From positions 35,015-99,014 of IMG/VR virus record IMGVR_UViG_3300027901_000002: a stretch of 64,000 nt of DNA; one strand, 5' to 3'. Origin of the DNA: a virus. Every line of letters starts with the position of its first letter. Position 1 is the stretch's first letter. Below, piece by piece: positions 28,094 through 39,001 of this stretch. The notes beneath the pieces are model-generated. The model was not told the DNA's origin. It made no database searches and saw only the letters and a list, made by a program, of their open reading frames with translations. Position numbers and translations under genes: made by a program.

Positions 28094-30553
28094 TTGGGAA
28101 TACTTGACAGTTTTGAACTAAAAAAGAGGAGTAAAAAATTGGATTTAAACGCGCTAAAATTAAATACAATCTTCAAGTTGAGGCTTCTTAAATTGGACGA
28201 AAAAGAGTTAGACAAACTCTGCAACCAAGTAATGAGAGGCAACACGAAAACTGTCAAAAAGATTATCTACAAATACATTAGAACTAACACAGAACGAAAG
28301 TCTCAAGACTACTTTTATCAATTTAGGCTCAAAAAAAACAGGCGTTTTCTCAACAAACTATCAATCGAAAACATTCAACGAATGATTAGTATGGAGTTAG
28401 ATCGTTCTCTCAAGCACGATTTTAGAAACAACAAATCTAATTTGAAGTTTCAGAAAGTCGTATCAAACGCTATTGAAACTATTAACAATTGTCCAGACGA
28501 TAGAGTTGTTAATTGCGTCGATTGGATTAAATCTCGTTATCAAATAGTACAAACAGACGAAATTGGTTTGACAAAAATCGAATATTCTTACTCGGATCAC
28601 GCCGCATTGTTTAGAAAGAAGTTAATAAACAAAAAGTTGGAATTCTCTGAAGTAGCAAGAGATGTGTTTGAATTAGTCGATCATCTCGATTACATTCAAA
28701 ATTTAAAGGCTATGATTAATGAGTCCGAATCTAGTACGCCTCCTATCCCTCCTAACGGCACGGTTGATATGTACGAATATACTGACTATTTACAACAAAC
28801 TCAAATTAAAGTAGAAGATTTAAAGCGACAATTAAATAAATACACAATTATTGTCGAACGATTCTTAAAGGAGAGTAGCGTACCAGAGCGTATCAAAGAA
28901 GAAGTTAAGAAAAATAAGTATCAAATTAAAAGTAAGAAAAGTAAATTGTTCGTTTTAGAATTACGCAAACAATTTGAACGATTTATTATAGACGAGAAAT
29001 ATGGCGAAGTAAAGGATACTTTTTGGAAAACTTCTGGAGGTGCTATGAAATTAGTGAGGAGTCCAGCTGTTTGTTTAGATTATGTCGAAGAAAACGCGTC
29101 GTTAGATTTGTCTAAATACCTATTCAATCAGATTAGATACACAACAGACGATAAAGAAGTAAAAGATTACTACGACGCGCTATACAAGCAAATGGTATCG
29201 TCTCAAAACATCAAAATAATAAAGGAAGGTAAAATAAGAGGCGTACATTATATTGTGTACGATTATATTGTGCCTTCTTCGTGGCTCGACGGCAAAGACA
29301 AATGGTTCGACGAAATAGCGAATAAATTGGACGAGAAAGATTTGGCAATAGAGGAATATTGTGATGTGGAATACTCTTTTCCTTATTTTGGATTTTACGA
29401 GAAACAAGGTCATTTTGCAAACAATTTAAAAATGTTTTTAAATAAAATTGGCGTGAAAGGACTTAGCGAAAGGAAGGCAGAGGGAGAAGAGTATCAATAT
29501 GTGGCAATAAATCCTTACCAGATTTATTATCCGTCTCCAAGACATCCAGTTAAAAGAAAGTTTGTAGAAAAAGAAGTCAAGAGACGAGAGTACTACAAAA
29601 TCTACTCTTGTTTTCATCACAGAATAATTTTAAACGACGAAGCTGAATTGTTAAAAGGAGGAAACATTTTTAGGAAATGTTTGTACGAAAGTGGGAGTTT
29701 GGAAATGGATTGTTTTATTTCCGACATAGACGCGAGGAGTGGTTATTTGGAACATTTTGCCAGTATAAACAGCGAAAAATTTAAGCTTTATTTTGAATCG
29801 TTCTTTAAAGATGTACTGACATATTACTCACAATCTAATAGACTTGAAGATTTGTATTTGTACTTGAAGAAGTTGAAATACTTCTACAAGGAAAACATAA
29901 GAACTATTTTAAATCGAGTTCGTGAAATTAGTCGATTAAAAAAACAAATCAAAAAATATCACGGCAATTCGAGAAAACACAAAGTTTTGAAGTCTTTAAT
30001 TCAAAACAAAGAAAATAGATTACCAAACGAGGAGTTCGTGGATTTATTAAAGGAGAACATCAGATTTTGTCGCTTGTTAAGACGAGAATTGATATATGGA
30101 ATCATCACAAACAACAAGTTCGATAAGTCCGAATCAAAAGGATTCTTTAAGCGACTAATGCAAGTTATGGCTAAGAACTACTGTGAAAGTCAGACATATC
30201 GGAGAATTAGAATACAAAGAAGCGTTGTTTCTTATTGTAAAGTGATGGCAAACAATCTTAACATAAAAGGAGTCGTCAAGATTTATAGGAGTCAAAACGA
30301 CGAATTTATTAGGAAGTTTTACCATCAATACAAAAAGAACGAAGTGGCTTTCGACGACATACTACCGAGTCAATTTAAATCAAACGATGTGAAATGGGAG
30401 TCGTGTAAATTATCGAATCTTATTAAGTGTCTTCTTGATGTTGCAGTCAAGAGTAAAGACAGAGAATTGTTTGAGGAGTTATTCGACTTGTTGTATCAAG
30501 CGGAGTTGGAACACAAAGAGAAATTGTTGTTGTCGGAATACAACTCGATTTAA
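28094..30553 (+). CDS. Large hypothetical protein (819 aa), opposite to the surrounding strand
   Basis: Long ORF followed by a T-run; no motif recognised. Confidence 0.8.
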   Translation: MGILDSFELKKRSKKLDLNALKLNTIFKLRLLKLDEKELDKLCNQVMRGNTKTVKKIIYKYIRTNTERKSQDYFYQFRLKKNRRFLNKLSIENIQRMISMELDRSLKHDFRNNKSNLKFQKVVSNAIETINNCPDDRVVNCVDWIKSRYQIVQTDEIGLTKIEYSYSDHAALFRKKLINKKLEFSEVARDVFELVDHLDYIQNLKAMINESESSTPPIPPNGTVDMYEYTDYLQQTQIKVEDLKRQLNKYTIIVERFLKESSVPERIKEEVKKNKYQIKSKKSKLFVLELRKQFERFIIDEKYGEVKDTFWKTSGGAMKLVRSPAVCLDYVEENASLDLSKYLFNQIRYTTDDKEVKDYYDALYKQMVSSQNIKIIKEGKIRGVHYIVYDYIVPSSWLDGKDKWFDEIANKLDEKDLAIEEYCDVEYSFPYFGFYEKQGHFANNLKMFLNKIGVKGLSERKAEGEEYQYVAINPYQIYYPSPRHPVKRKFVEKEVKRREYYKIYSCFHHRIILNDEAELLKGGNIFRKCLYESGSLEMDCFISDIDARSGYLEHFASINSEKFKLYFESFFKDVLTYYSQSNRLEDLYLYLKKLKYFYKENIRTILNRVREISRLKKQIKKYHGNSRKHKVLKSLIQNKENRLPNEEFVDLLKENIRFCRLLRRELIYGIITNNKFDKSESKGFFKRLMQVMAKNYCESQTYRRIRIQRSVVSYCKVMANNLNIKGVVKIYRSQNDEFIRKFYHQYKKNEVAFDDILPSQFKSNDVKWESCKLSNLIKCLLDVAVKSKDRELFEELFDLLYQAELEHKEKLLLSEYNSI

Positions 30554-30636
30554 CTTTTTTTTTCGACCTCGGTAATGCTACAAACGATAAAAAAAGTAGA
30601 AAAAAAAGGATTTGAGGTTGATTGTAGATAATTAGA

Positions 30637-31065
30637 CTATTTTACGAAAGCAAGTCTAATTCCTTGGTATCTTATCATATACACGCCTCCCTCAAACATC
30701 ATAAAAATGTCGGCAGTTTCTTTTGCGATCAATAAAAGTCCTTGTAATTCAACGCACGGATTTTTAAGTATTTCTTTTATTTGTTGGACTTCGCTCGTAA
30801 TTTCCACATCGTTCTTTGCTAATTTGTCTAATTCTTTCAGCCATTCTTCTTCGGAGAAAATCCTGTACGTGTCTTCTTGTACGACTAAATTATTTGTTCG
30901 CGATTCAAAGTCGTGCAATATTGAAATTGGAACATCTAAAGCCACGCCACATTTGTTGTATATATGATCTTTCCAAGAATACAAATCGTTGATTAAAGTG
31001 TCGTCAATCCATTCTGTTGAATGATATTTTTGTGAATAATCGGAGACGCTTTTATACCTTGGCAT
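30637..31065 (-). CDS. Hypothetical protein
   Basis: 142-aa ORF with a GAGGT SD. Confidence 0.65.
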   Translation of the reverse strand: MPRYKSVSDYSQKYHSTEWIDDTLINDLYSWKDHIYNKCGVALDVPISILHDFESRTNNLVVQEDTYRIFSEEEWLKELDKLAKNDVEITSEVQQIKEILKNPCVELQGLLLIAKETADIFMMFEGGVYMIRYQGIRLAFVK

Positions 31066-31445
31066 GATTTTTACCTCTCAAATTAGTTTTGGATATTTTG
31101 ACTGCCGTCGCGCGGTTGGCAGTCCTAAGATTATGTACATAGTTTGGCATTTGTTTTATCCTCCTAATATTGGATAGATTGTAATGTTTGGATTGTCTGC
31201 GTGGAATACTTCTTTCTTTCCACAAGTTTTGCACTTGACTTGATCTGGTAGAAAGTTGAAGACTATTAAGTGATTTATTGACTTACAAATTGGACAAGTA
31301 TAAACTATATCGTGCATTTTACCACTTCCTCTTTTCGTACGGAATTAACTTTTTGCCTTTCTTATCCATTATGTAAATCGGAGCGAACGGATCTGGACAC
31401 TCGTAAGCTTTTATTGGCTTCATTTTTTTGCCGCATCGCGGACAT

Positions 31446-31790
31446 TTAACTTTCTTCGTCATTTTCCTCCAAAACCTCGTCTAGTTCTGCTAAACATTTG
31501 TCCCAAGCGTCCATCATTTTTTTGATTCGTACTTTTAATCGCTTGGTATGAAAAAGACGATGGACTGTTTGATTTGGACAGATAACTAAGTTGTCTGGAT
31601 CGTTGTTTTTCTTGTTGTGATCGAGATGATGGATTATTTCACCATTCACGATCGGTCGTCCGTATTTTTCCTCAGCCACAAGAATGTGTTCGAACACATA
31701 ACCAGCTTTATTGGCTCTATGATGCGTTGGCATCTTGATGGTTGGATAACCTTTTCTAGTCGGTTTTTTTCTTCGTCCCATATATACCAC
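31446..31790 (-). CDS. HNH homing endonuclease-like protein
   Basis: GYVFEHILVAE..GR...IIHHLDHNKKNNDPDNL. Confidence 0.85.
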   Translation of the reverse strand: MVYMGRRKKPTRKGYPTIKMPTHHRANKAGYVFEHILVAEEKYGRPIVNGEIIHHLDHNKKNNDPDNLVICPNQTVHRLFHTKRLKVRIKKMMDAWDKCLAELDEVLEENDEES

Positions 31791-33066
31791 TTAAGTTTGC
31801 TAGTACTCGATAGCCAGCCGCAAATATACTGAAGTCGGCTGGTAATCCAATTCCTTTGAAGTTGTAGTTTCCTTTAGCGACTTCTCGAGCCTCAATTCGT
31901 ACTGCAGTGCTGTAGGAGGGGTGATGGCGTTCTATTTCGTCGCATTCGAGACAGATCATGTCGGTGTTGAATCGAGACATAGTCGTTGGATTGACTTCTT
32001 TTTTACATCTCGCGCAAATCACTTAGGTCGCCTCCATAATTCAATTGCCAATTCTGGGTTTAAGTGGATGTCGGTGTGTTGGTTCATAAAGTCTTCCTCA
32101 GATTGTTCGAGAACGAAGTCTTCGTGAATGTGTCCGCATCGAGACAAAGTTATTTCGTAGTCGCGATATTTTGACACGGTTGCATAGACTATTTTTGAGA
32201 ACTTAACTAGCGAGAACATGTAGCCGAGACGGTTGTATTCCTCTCTGACTTTCTCAAGCTTGTCGTATTCTTCTTGACTAATCCTTATCATCGTTTTTTT
32301 GCCTCCGTAGGTCGATTACTATTACATCCTTTGGATTTATTTGATTGGCGTCGAATTTCAACGCAGTCATAGCGTACATAAATCTTTCGTTGTCTCCTAC
32401 TCTCCACAATCTATATAACTCGGAATCTGCATACATATCCCATAGTTTTGGATCGAGAATTTTACGAAGTTCTCTTGGATGTAGATTTCCTCCAATTAAA
32501 ACCCACTTCTTAAACTCTTGTTTTATGTCTAACTCTTTCATAAAATCCTCAAACATTTTCATCCATTTTTCCATTAAAAGTCGCCTCTCAAAATTGTTGT
32601 TAATGTGCCATCGCATCGAAAACATTTAAATTCGAGGACAGCTTCGCCGTCTTTACAAGACCCTCCTACGCAAACCATTTCACTCATTGAATTGACAATT
32701 CCTTTCATCATACAAATAGGACAGGCAGGATTGGTTGAAATGTAGTGTTTTTCTGGTCTATCGTTTAGACTCATTTTTTTTACTCACTTTTTTCATTAAG
32801 TCGATAAATTTCTGAGCGTATTTGTCGTTTGGATTTACGAATTGTAGCATAACTAAATCGTCGAACATATCATTTGGATGCTGTGGAAGTTCGTCTATGA
32901 TGTTGCGTTTAACTACGGCTTTCATCAATTTGTAGAAATATTTCGAAGGATGTTTATGGAACTTGTTCCACTCTCGCTCGGTAGAGTCGGTTAAAACGTT
33001 TGTATTTTTTGTTTGTTTTTTTGACATTCGTATCAACTCAGACTTATTAAATCGAAGGTTTTTCAC
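31756..33066 (-). other. First genes of the leftward early operon (31756-32022 with CARC..CLEC..GNYNFxGIG; 32019-32291; 32278-32625; 32574-32774; 32758-33066)
   Basis: Overlapping ORFs downstream of the promoter at ~33100. Confidence 0.65.
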
Positions 33067-33096
33067 AGACCTTCAATATAGTATAAGAAGCGATCG

Positions 33097-33111
33097 TTTA
33101 TAAATATTTCG
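33097..33111 (-). promoter_or_regulatory. Archaeal BRE-TATA promoter (leftward)
   Basis: CGAAATA-TTTATAAA about 30 nt upstream of GTG 33066. Confidence 0.65.
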
Positions 33112-33253
33112 CTTTTGAGGACAAATTAGAATTAGAGTCGTTCGTAGGCAGGAGTCGGTATTATATACGTTTAACTACTTTGTAGTCAAAAAATTCGTAG
33201 TGATGTGGTGGAGCTTATGCGCCCAATTGCCGCTTCCAAGTACCAGCTCGAGG

Positions 33254-33293
33254 AGTAAAAATTTCGGAGACACCAGAAGTAAAAATTTCGGAG
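33254..33293. repeat. Direct repeat AGTAAAAATTTCGGAG x2
   Basis: Exact 16-mers at 33254-33269 and 33278-33293. Confidence 0.8.
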
Positions 33294-33501
33294 TGTTTTT
33301 TTTACGACGTACTCGTTTGGACAAAACAAAGCGTGGCATGGATTGTTTTTATTTGAGTTTTGTCCGCATTTAGGCCAAACTAAGAGAAATTGTCCAGTTT
33401 GGAGTCTTTGGAGTCGGAGTTTGGAATCCATCCGTCCGTCGTTATTTAGTTTGGACTAAATAGATGATCTGTAGCGCTAGCGCGTAATATGATCTCAAAT
33501 A

Positions 33502-33515
33502 GAAAGATTTAAATA
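33502..33515 (+). promoter_or_regulatory. Archaeal BRE-TATA promoter (rightward)
   Basis: GAAAGA-TTTAAATA upstream of ORF 33608. Confidence 0.6.
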
Positions 33516-33607
33516 AACTCGATGATTTTATATCTACAAGCCGTAATCATTGAGATATGAAATGATCAATGATTAAATTAAGGCTGAATCAATAGAAGTG
33601 AATAAAA

Positions 33608-34087
33608 ATGACTGATAAGAAAAACTCTCTGATTAAATTCTCTGAAATGAATGATACTGATATAGAGAACTTCACTGATAAGATATTCATTTATCGCGAC
33701 TCTGATCGATTCTGGACTAGTTTAAATCGAGATCAAATACTTGAATTATTCAAATACTTAAGAGATTCTAAAGTTTCAGATGATAAGATTAATTCTTTAC
33801 TAGCTTTCAGCGACTCTAAAGAAGTATCTAAGATATATCTAGTAGGAGCTTTATATGAGGCTGAAATAGAGAAAGTAGGAACTAAACTAGTCAAAAATAT
33901 GAATGAGGCTGAAATAAGAGCTCATTTATATAAAATCGTCAAATCTAAGAAAGTTCCTAAGAAACTGGCTGAAATTCTTAAAGAGAATAATATAGGACTC
34001 GAGAATATTAAATCAGAAGCTAAAATCGACTTCAAATTAAAGAATCTAGTCAATCTAGGAATCGTAGCTTTAAAGAACTCGAAATAG
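33608..34087 (+). CDS. Stand-alone hypothetical protein with anomalous trinucleotide usage
   Basis: 159-aa ORF with its own promoter and downstream T-tract. Confidence 0.75.
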   Translation: MTDKKNSLIKFSEMNDTDIENFTDKIFIYRDSDRFWTSLNRDQILELFKYLRDSKVSDDKINSLLAFSDSKEVSKIYLVGALYEAEIEKVGTKLVKNMNEAEIRAHLYKIVKSKKVPKKLAEILKENNIGLENIKSEAKIDFKLKNLVNLGIVALKNSK

Positions 34088-34270
34088 ATTGACTGAATCT
34101 TAAAACTCTTAAATTTAATTACTCTTTTTTTTCTTTTCTTGATTTTTCTTGAAGTATTGAAATTTTGTAGATAAGAATTCTTATTTTTTAGACTTCTTTG
34201 GGCGAGTCGCGTTCCAGCCCCCCGCAAAAAATATTTTTTTTATTGTTTTTAAATACTTAAAATGAATCAT

Positions 34271-34320
34271 AAATTTGTCAAACCCCTGTAGTATTATAGG
34301 GGTTTCGCAAATTTAAAACT
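34271..34320. repeat. Palindromic intergenic element, copy 2
   Basis: AAATTTGTCAAACCCCTGTAGTA...CAAATTTAAAACT shared with 12286-12335; hairpin AAACCCCTGTA/TATAGGGGTTT. Confidence 0.8.
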
Positions 34321-34441
34321 AAACCAGTTCGAACTTTAACTACTTCTACTCCTTTTTTATCGAACCAGCTTGAATTTGATCTAAAAATTTGACTTTTTTG
34401 TCAGGGGGGCCGCCTAACGATTTTTTCTACTTTTTTTCGAT

Positions 34442-34642
34442 TTAGAGCGACTTTTTGACGAAATTAGCAAACCCTTTACCACTTTTCTCTGAATTTTTAT
34501 TAACTAGCTCGACAAAAAGGAGTTGTTCTTTCACAAGTTTGCGAATTTGAGCTGCCATCGATCTCTCTTGTTCTTTACAATATTGCTTGAATTTCCTGTA
34601 CGTCTCTTCGTCGAAACGAACGTTCAAAATTTTTTTAGTCAT
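34442..34642 (-). CDS. Arc/CopG-family RHH regulator
   Basis: LNVRFDEETYRKFKQYCKEQERSMAAQIRKLV. Confidence 0.8.
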   Translation of the reverse strand: MTKKILNVRFDEETYRKFKQYCKEQERSMAAQIRKLVKEQLLFVELVNKNSEKSGKGFANFVKKSL

Positions 34643-34743
34643 ACCATTACGGTATTGTAAAGGTTTAAAAATGTTACTTTTAATATTTTTAAAAACCTAA
34701 AACTCTTGATTTATAAAGGAATAAGTTATATTGTTAAGTAGAT

Positions 34744-35160
34744 ATGGAAGAAAATACCTCGCTTGCAAAAAAAGAGGACGCGCAAGCCCTTGCAAAGACA
34801 GAAGAGGAGGGCACTCTTGCCTTCGAAGTTGCGGTGGAAATGGCAAAGAACCACAACAAAATCATGGAGGTCGTTGAAAAACTCTTCAATGATATTCGCG
34901 TAGAAGTTATAGAAGACGACGAAGGCAACAAGATCGGACAAAGGACTCACGTTCCGCCTCAACTTATCAAATGGCTAAGAGAAGCTCGTATGTACGAGAA
35001 CGACATGTGGAAACTGGGAGGAGGAGAAATCGAACAGGAACACGAAAAGAGAAAACTCGAAGTTAAAGCCAAACTAATTATGACGTTAATCGGAACTGAC
35101 CCAGAAGAAAGAGAGAAGTTGATGGAACAATGGAAAGAAACAGTGAGCTTCAAGAAATAA
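34744..35160 (+). CDS. Putative terminase small subunit
   Basis: Position immediately upstream of and overlapping terL; TTTATAAA at 34710-34717 upstream. Confidence 0.5.
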   Translation: MEENTSLAKKEDAQALAKTEEEGTLAFEVAVEMAKNHNKIMEVVEKLFNDIRVEVIEDDEGNKIGQRTHVPPQLIKWLREARMYENDMWKLGGGEIEQEHEKRKLEVKAKLIMTLIGTDPEEREKLMEQWKETVSFKK

Positions 35161-36785
35161 AACAACAAGAATTTGAAAGTATTCAAAATACTATTTTTAG
35201 GGCAGTCGACTTCATCGAAACTTTTTTGCCCGACGAAAACAACTTTAATAAAATCGTAAAGCTCACCCAGCCGCAAAGAGACGCAATCGACAGCATACAA
35301 TTTGGATTCCCTCTTAGTCAATTCGATTTTAGCGAAATAGAAAAACCTTCTCGAGGAATAGTAATGGTCTGGCCCCGTCAAACGGGAAAAACTACAGGTT
35401 GCGGTTACGCAGCAGACGGTATCTTAATAATGAACCCAAACACGAAGATAGGAATTATTGCTGCAACCGAAAAACAAGCAAAAAAGCTTTTCAACAAAAT
35501 TAAAAAAATCCTTCGTCATTCTATGTTTAAAGACATGATAATTCAAAAAACGATGAGAGTTGACTTCCTCGAACTAACAAACGGTAGCTTCGTAGAATGT
35601 TGGCCTTGTACGGAAGGAATTGAAGGAAGCACGTACGATTACCTTTTTGTAGACGAAGCCGCGATTATGGACGAAAAAGTTATTTTCGTTTCAGCTCTAC
35701 CAACAGTTACTCACGGTAAAAGGTGGATAATGCTCTCGACTCCAAAAGGCCCTAAAGGAAAATTCATAGATTATTATTTCGAAGGATTAGACACGAGACC
35801 AATAATTTGCAAGGCTTGCGGAGAACAATTACCTCAAGCAGCATTTAACGTTGATAGATTTCCAATTGGCGTAATGCCAACAGAAGAAATGCACCCTTGT
35901 CCTATTTGCGGTGGATTCGACTACAAATACGGAATCGGCAAATATACAGTTCCTTGGGTTGACCCTTGGAACGATGGTATAAGGTCTAAACAACTTGTTA
36001 AAGCTTTATTAGACGAAAATAATTGGTCAGCAGAAGCAAGACAAGAATATTTAGGAGAAGTCATTTCTGACGCATCAATGGTGTTTCTAGGAGAATGGCT
36101 TAAAAATTGTACCAGAAATAAACTTACTAACCAATTAATTTCTAAAGGAGAAGCGTACGTGGTAGGAATAGATTACGGTAGAAAACACGACGCTTCTTGC
36201 TTTTACGTCACGCATAGAGACAAAAAAACTGGACATATTGTTCTTGATTTTGGAATGACAGTAGCGGGAGAATTCGACAGCCAACGCACTTACCGCTACA
36301 TCAGAAAAAAACTACAAAGAATTTTAGTCACGTTCGACCCTATATGGGTTGTTCCAGATGCAACAGGTTTGGGAGACCCGCTTGTAGAAGAACTAGAAGA
36401 AGACTTAAAAATGTGGCGTTCGAGAGGAATGCCGTTAAAAACGCAAATTTTCAACAACAAGCCAAACAATAAAGGATTTATAATTTCAAGAACGACCAAA
36501 CCAGAGTTAATTGGAAACCTTATCAAAGCTTTTGCAAAAGGATTAATAGAAATACCACCTGCCTCTGAACCAGAAATAGGAAAATTGAGAGAAGAATTAC
36601 TCCGCTACGAGTGCGACAATTTACCTGGAACTGATTACATTAAATACGGAACGCAATCATTCCACGACGACAGAGTAATTGCTCTTGCTTTGTCTGTTTG
36701 GGCTCATAGACAAAGGCCTTTCTATTTAGACCAAATAAAAATTAGAGGATTTAATTTCAACATTCTTGGTAGCGAGGAAATATGA
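35130..36785 (+). CDS. terL: Terminase large subunit
   Basis: PRQTGKT Walker A, LFVDEAA Walker B, LSTP motif III, GIDYGRKHD and HDDRVIALAL nuclease motifs. Confidence 0.95.
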   Translation: MERNSELQEIKQQEFESIQNTIFRAVDFIETFLPDENNFNKIVKLTQPQRDAIDSIQFGFPLSQFDFSEIEKPSRGIVMVWPRQTGKTTGCGYAADGILIMNPNTKIGIIAATEKQAKKLFNKIKKILRHSMFKDMIIQKTMRVDFLELTNGSFVECWPCTEGIEGSTYDYLFVDEAAIMDEKVIFVSALPTVTHGKRWIMLSTPKGPKGKFIDYYFEGLDTRPIICKACGEQLPQAAFNVDRFPIGVMPTEEMHPCPICGGFDYKYGIGKYTVPWVDPWNDGIRSKQLVKALLDENNWSAEARQEYLGEVISDASMVFLGEWLKNCTRNKLTNQLISKGEAYVVGIDYGRKHDASCFYVTHRDKKTGHIVLDFGMTVAGEFDSQRTYRYIRKKLQRILVTFDPIWVVPDATGLGDPLVEELEEDLKMWRSRGMPLKTQIFNNKPNNKGFIISRTTKPELIGNLIKAFAKGLIEIPPASEPEIGKLREELLRYECDNLPGTDYIKYGTQSFHDDRVIALALSVWAHRQRPFYLDQIKIRGFNFNILGSEEI

Positions 36786-36980
36786 AAAAGAAAAAGAAAG
36801 AACCAGAAATAGTTATGGTAGATGGAATTCCTTGTATAGTCGCAGAAGTAGAAAAACCACCTCCAAGAGTGATCATTAGGTTTTTCCCATTTTCTGAACT
36901 ACAAAAAAACAAGGAAGACAATTACTTAGAAAAAGTATTAAAAGATTTAGAAAAAATGTTTAAAGATTGGGACTTTTCAG

Positions 36981-38405
36981 ATGCCTATTAGAAGAACAGA
37001 ACAAAGAAAACCAGATTTTTTACCTAGTAGAAGATCCATTATTGCTGATTTAGACCAAAGCGATTACGCGCTAGACAAAGACCTAAAGGCTCTAAAGAAA
37101 GTTATGATAGAACCTACTTACATAAACCTTGAAGAAGGGTTTTGGAACGATTCTATCGCAGTTAGTTTTACCGACATAACAGCACACGTGATTATAGGAG
37201 ATGGCCCTAGAATTAGGTGCGACAAAAGTCAAGAAGCAGTAGAAGTAATAAAAAGATGGTGTCGTTCAATAAACGTAAGAAGACAAACTTACGAAGATTG
37301 GATAAGAGAATCTTGGTTTGATTCAATGGTTTATGGAAAATTCTTTTGGCGCGTTGAGGAAAGAGCACCTTACGAAAACGTCGATATTCAAAGATTAGAT
37401 CCAAAAACAATAGAAACCAGAATAGACCCAGTAATGGGTTATAGAAAGTTTATTCAACACACGAACAAATATAGATACCATAAAAGCAAAAAACAGTTTT
37501 ATAGAGCAAAAGACGAAGATGGATTATTTTATAGGACTAATTGGGAAAAAAATCCTATGAAAATAAACTATGGTACGAAACAAACTAACTATACTTTAAA
37601 AGAAGTTCAAATTTCTTTAGCCGACGAACCACACGTTATTCTTTACGGAGATTTTTTTAGAAAACCACCTATCGCAAACGCTTTACATTACATAGTTTAC
37701 AAAAGATGGATATTGTGGTTTATGCGTAAATATTCGCAAAAGCATTGGGCTCCTTTTGTTGTTTTATCAGTTGGCGATCCTCGTTCTCCAAACTATCCAA
37801 CAGATAGACATAAAATGCAAGCCGCAATAGACAACGGTAAGCAATTTATAAGACAAATAACAAATTTTGGAGGAGTTTCTTTGCCTGGAGAAATGGATCT
37901 CAAGACTTTAGAAACTCAAACGGCTAGGAGCTCAGAAATCTACGTTTTATACATTCAAGAACTCGACAAACAAATAATGTATACAATTTTCGGTTCGATG
38001 GGACAAAGAGAAGCGAGAGGAACTGAGCTAGCCACTTCAAGAATTTTACAAGAAGGATGGCTTAGGTTTATAAAAGGTATAAGGAGATTGTACGAACTTA
38101 TATCAACGACTTTTTGGGCTTATTGTCTACTTCCTTACCACGGGATAAACGACGTGGAACCAAGTGATTTAGACATGGAATGGAGTCCTTTAAGGTTCGA
38201 AACTATTTTAGAATTATTGCAATCAATCGCAATTGGAGCTAACGTTGGAGTGTTCGAAACTAAAAACGAACTAAGAAAAGCTGCTCAGTCTGCCTTTTCT
38301 TTCTTAGACGAACTACCCGACGGAGACAACAAAAAGGTTGAAGATATTGTCAAAAAACAGCAAGCTGGCGTTGGAACATCGTCTCAAAAAAGCCCTCAAG
38401 GATGA
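36981..38405 (+). CDS. Portal protein
   Basis: Position after terL, size, and DSMVYGKFFW...LDPKTI motif typical of portals. Confidence 0.8.
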   Translation: MPIRRTEQRKPDFLPSRRSIIADLDQSDYALDKDLKALKKVMIEPTYINLEEGFWNDSIAVSFTDITAHVIIGDGPRIRCDKSQEAVEVIKRWCRSINVRRQTYEDWIRESWFDSMVYGKFFWRVEERAPYENVDIQRLDPKTIETRIDPVMGYRKFIQHTNKYRYHKSKKQFYRAKDEDGLFYRTNWEKNPMKINYGTKQTNYTLKEVQISLADEPHVILYGDFFRKPPIANALHYIVYKRWILWFMRKYSQKHWAPFVVLSVGDPRSPNYPTDRHKMQAAIDNGKQFIRQITNFGGVSLPGEMDLKTLETQTARSSEIYVLYIQELDKQIMYTIFGSMGQREARGTELATSRILQEGWLRFIKGIRRLYELISTTFWAYCLLPYHGINDVEPSDLDMEWSPLRFETILELLQSIAIGANVGVFETKNELRKAAQSAFSFLDELPDGDNKKVEDIVKKQQAGVGTSSQKSPQG

Positions 38406-39001
38406 TCTCTGGAACATCATAAATAGGGAAAAAATTGAGAAAATAGATTTCCAACAAGGCGTAATGGAAGAACTATTAGATTGTAAAACTATAAATCTTG
38501 GGTTAGTAAATGGTTTAGCAAATTCATTGGAATACGAGTACGATTTCGTTCTTTCTTACTTTTACGACGAAATGGAGAAAAATTACAACGGCGATATTTT
38601 AATCGCAATAAAAAAAACCATAAGTTTATTGTGTAAAAGGATAAAATTAACTTTACAATTAATACAAAAAATAAAGGAAGAAAACAATGGCGGACGAACC
38701 TGAAGAGTATATGGATTTACCGTCAGCGATAAAAGACACTCAAAGAGCCGTTGATTTATTACAATTAAAATGCGATCCAGACGAAAATTGCGCAGAGTGC
38801 GATAAATTTTCTAAGTGCATACATGGAATACACATGGCGATAGGAGATGCCTTTTGGTACATAAACCAAATAGTGAGAATTTTAGAGGTTTTTTATCGAA
38901 ACGTTGGTGTCGTAACTGACGTGACTTCTGAGATACTTGATGGAATAAAAAAAAGCGAAATAAGAAAAAACGAACCTCCAAGTGAGAGGTATATAACATA
39001 A
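38338..39001 (+). other. Two hypothetical CDSs (38338-38703, 38687-39001)
   Basis: Operon-contiguous ORFs. Confidence 0.6.
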
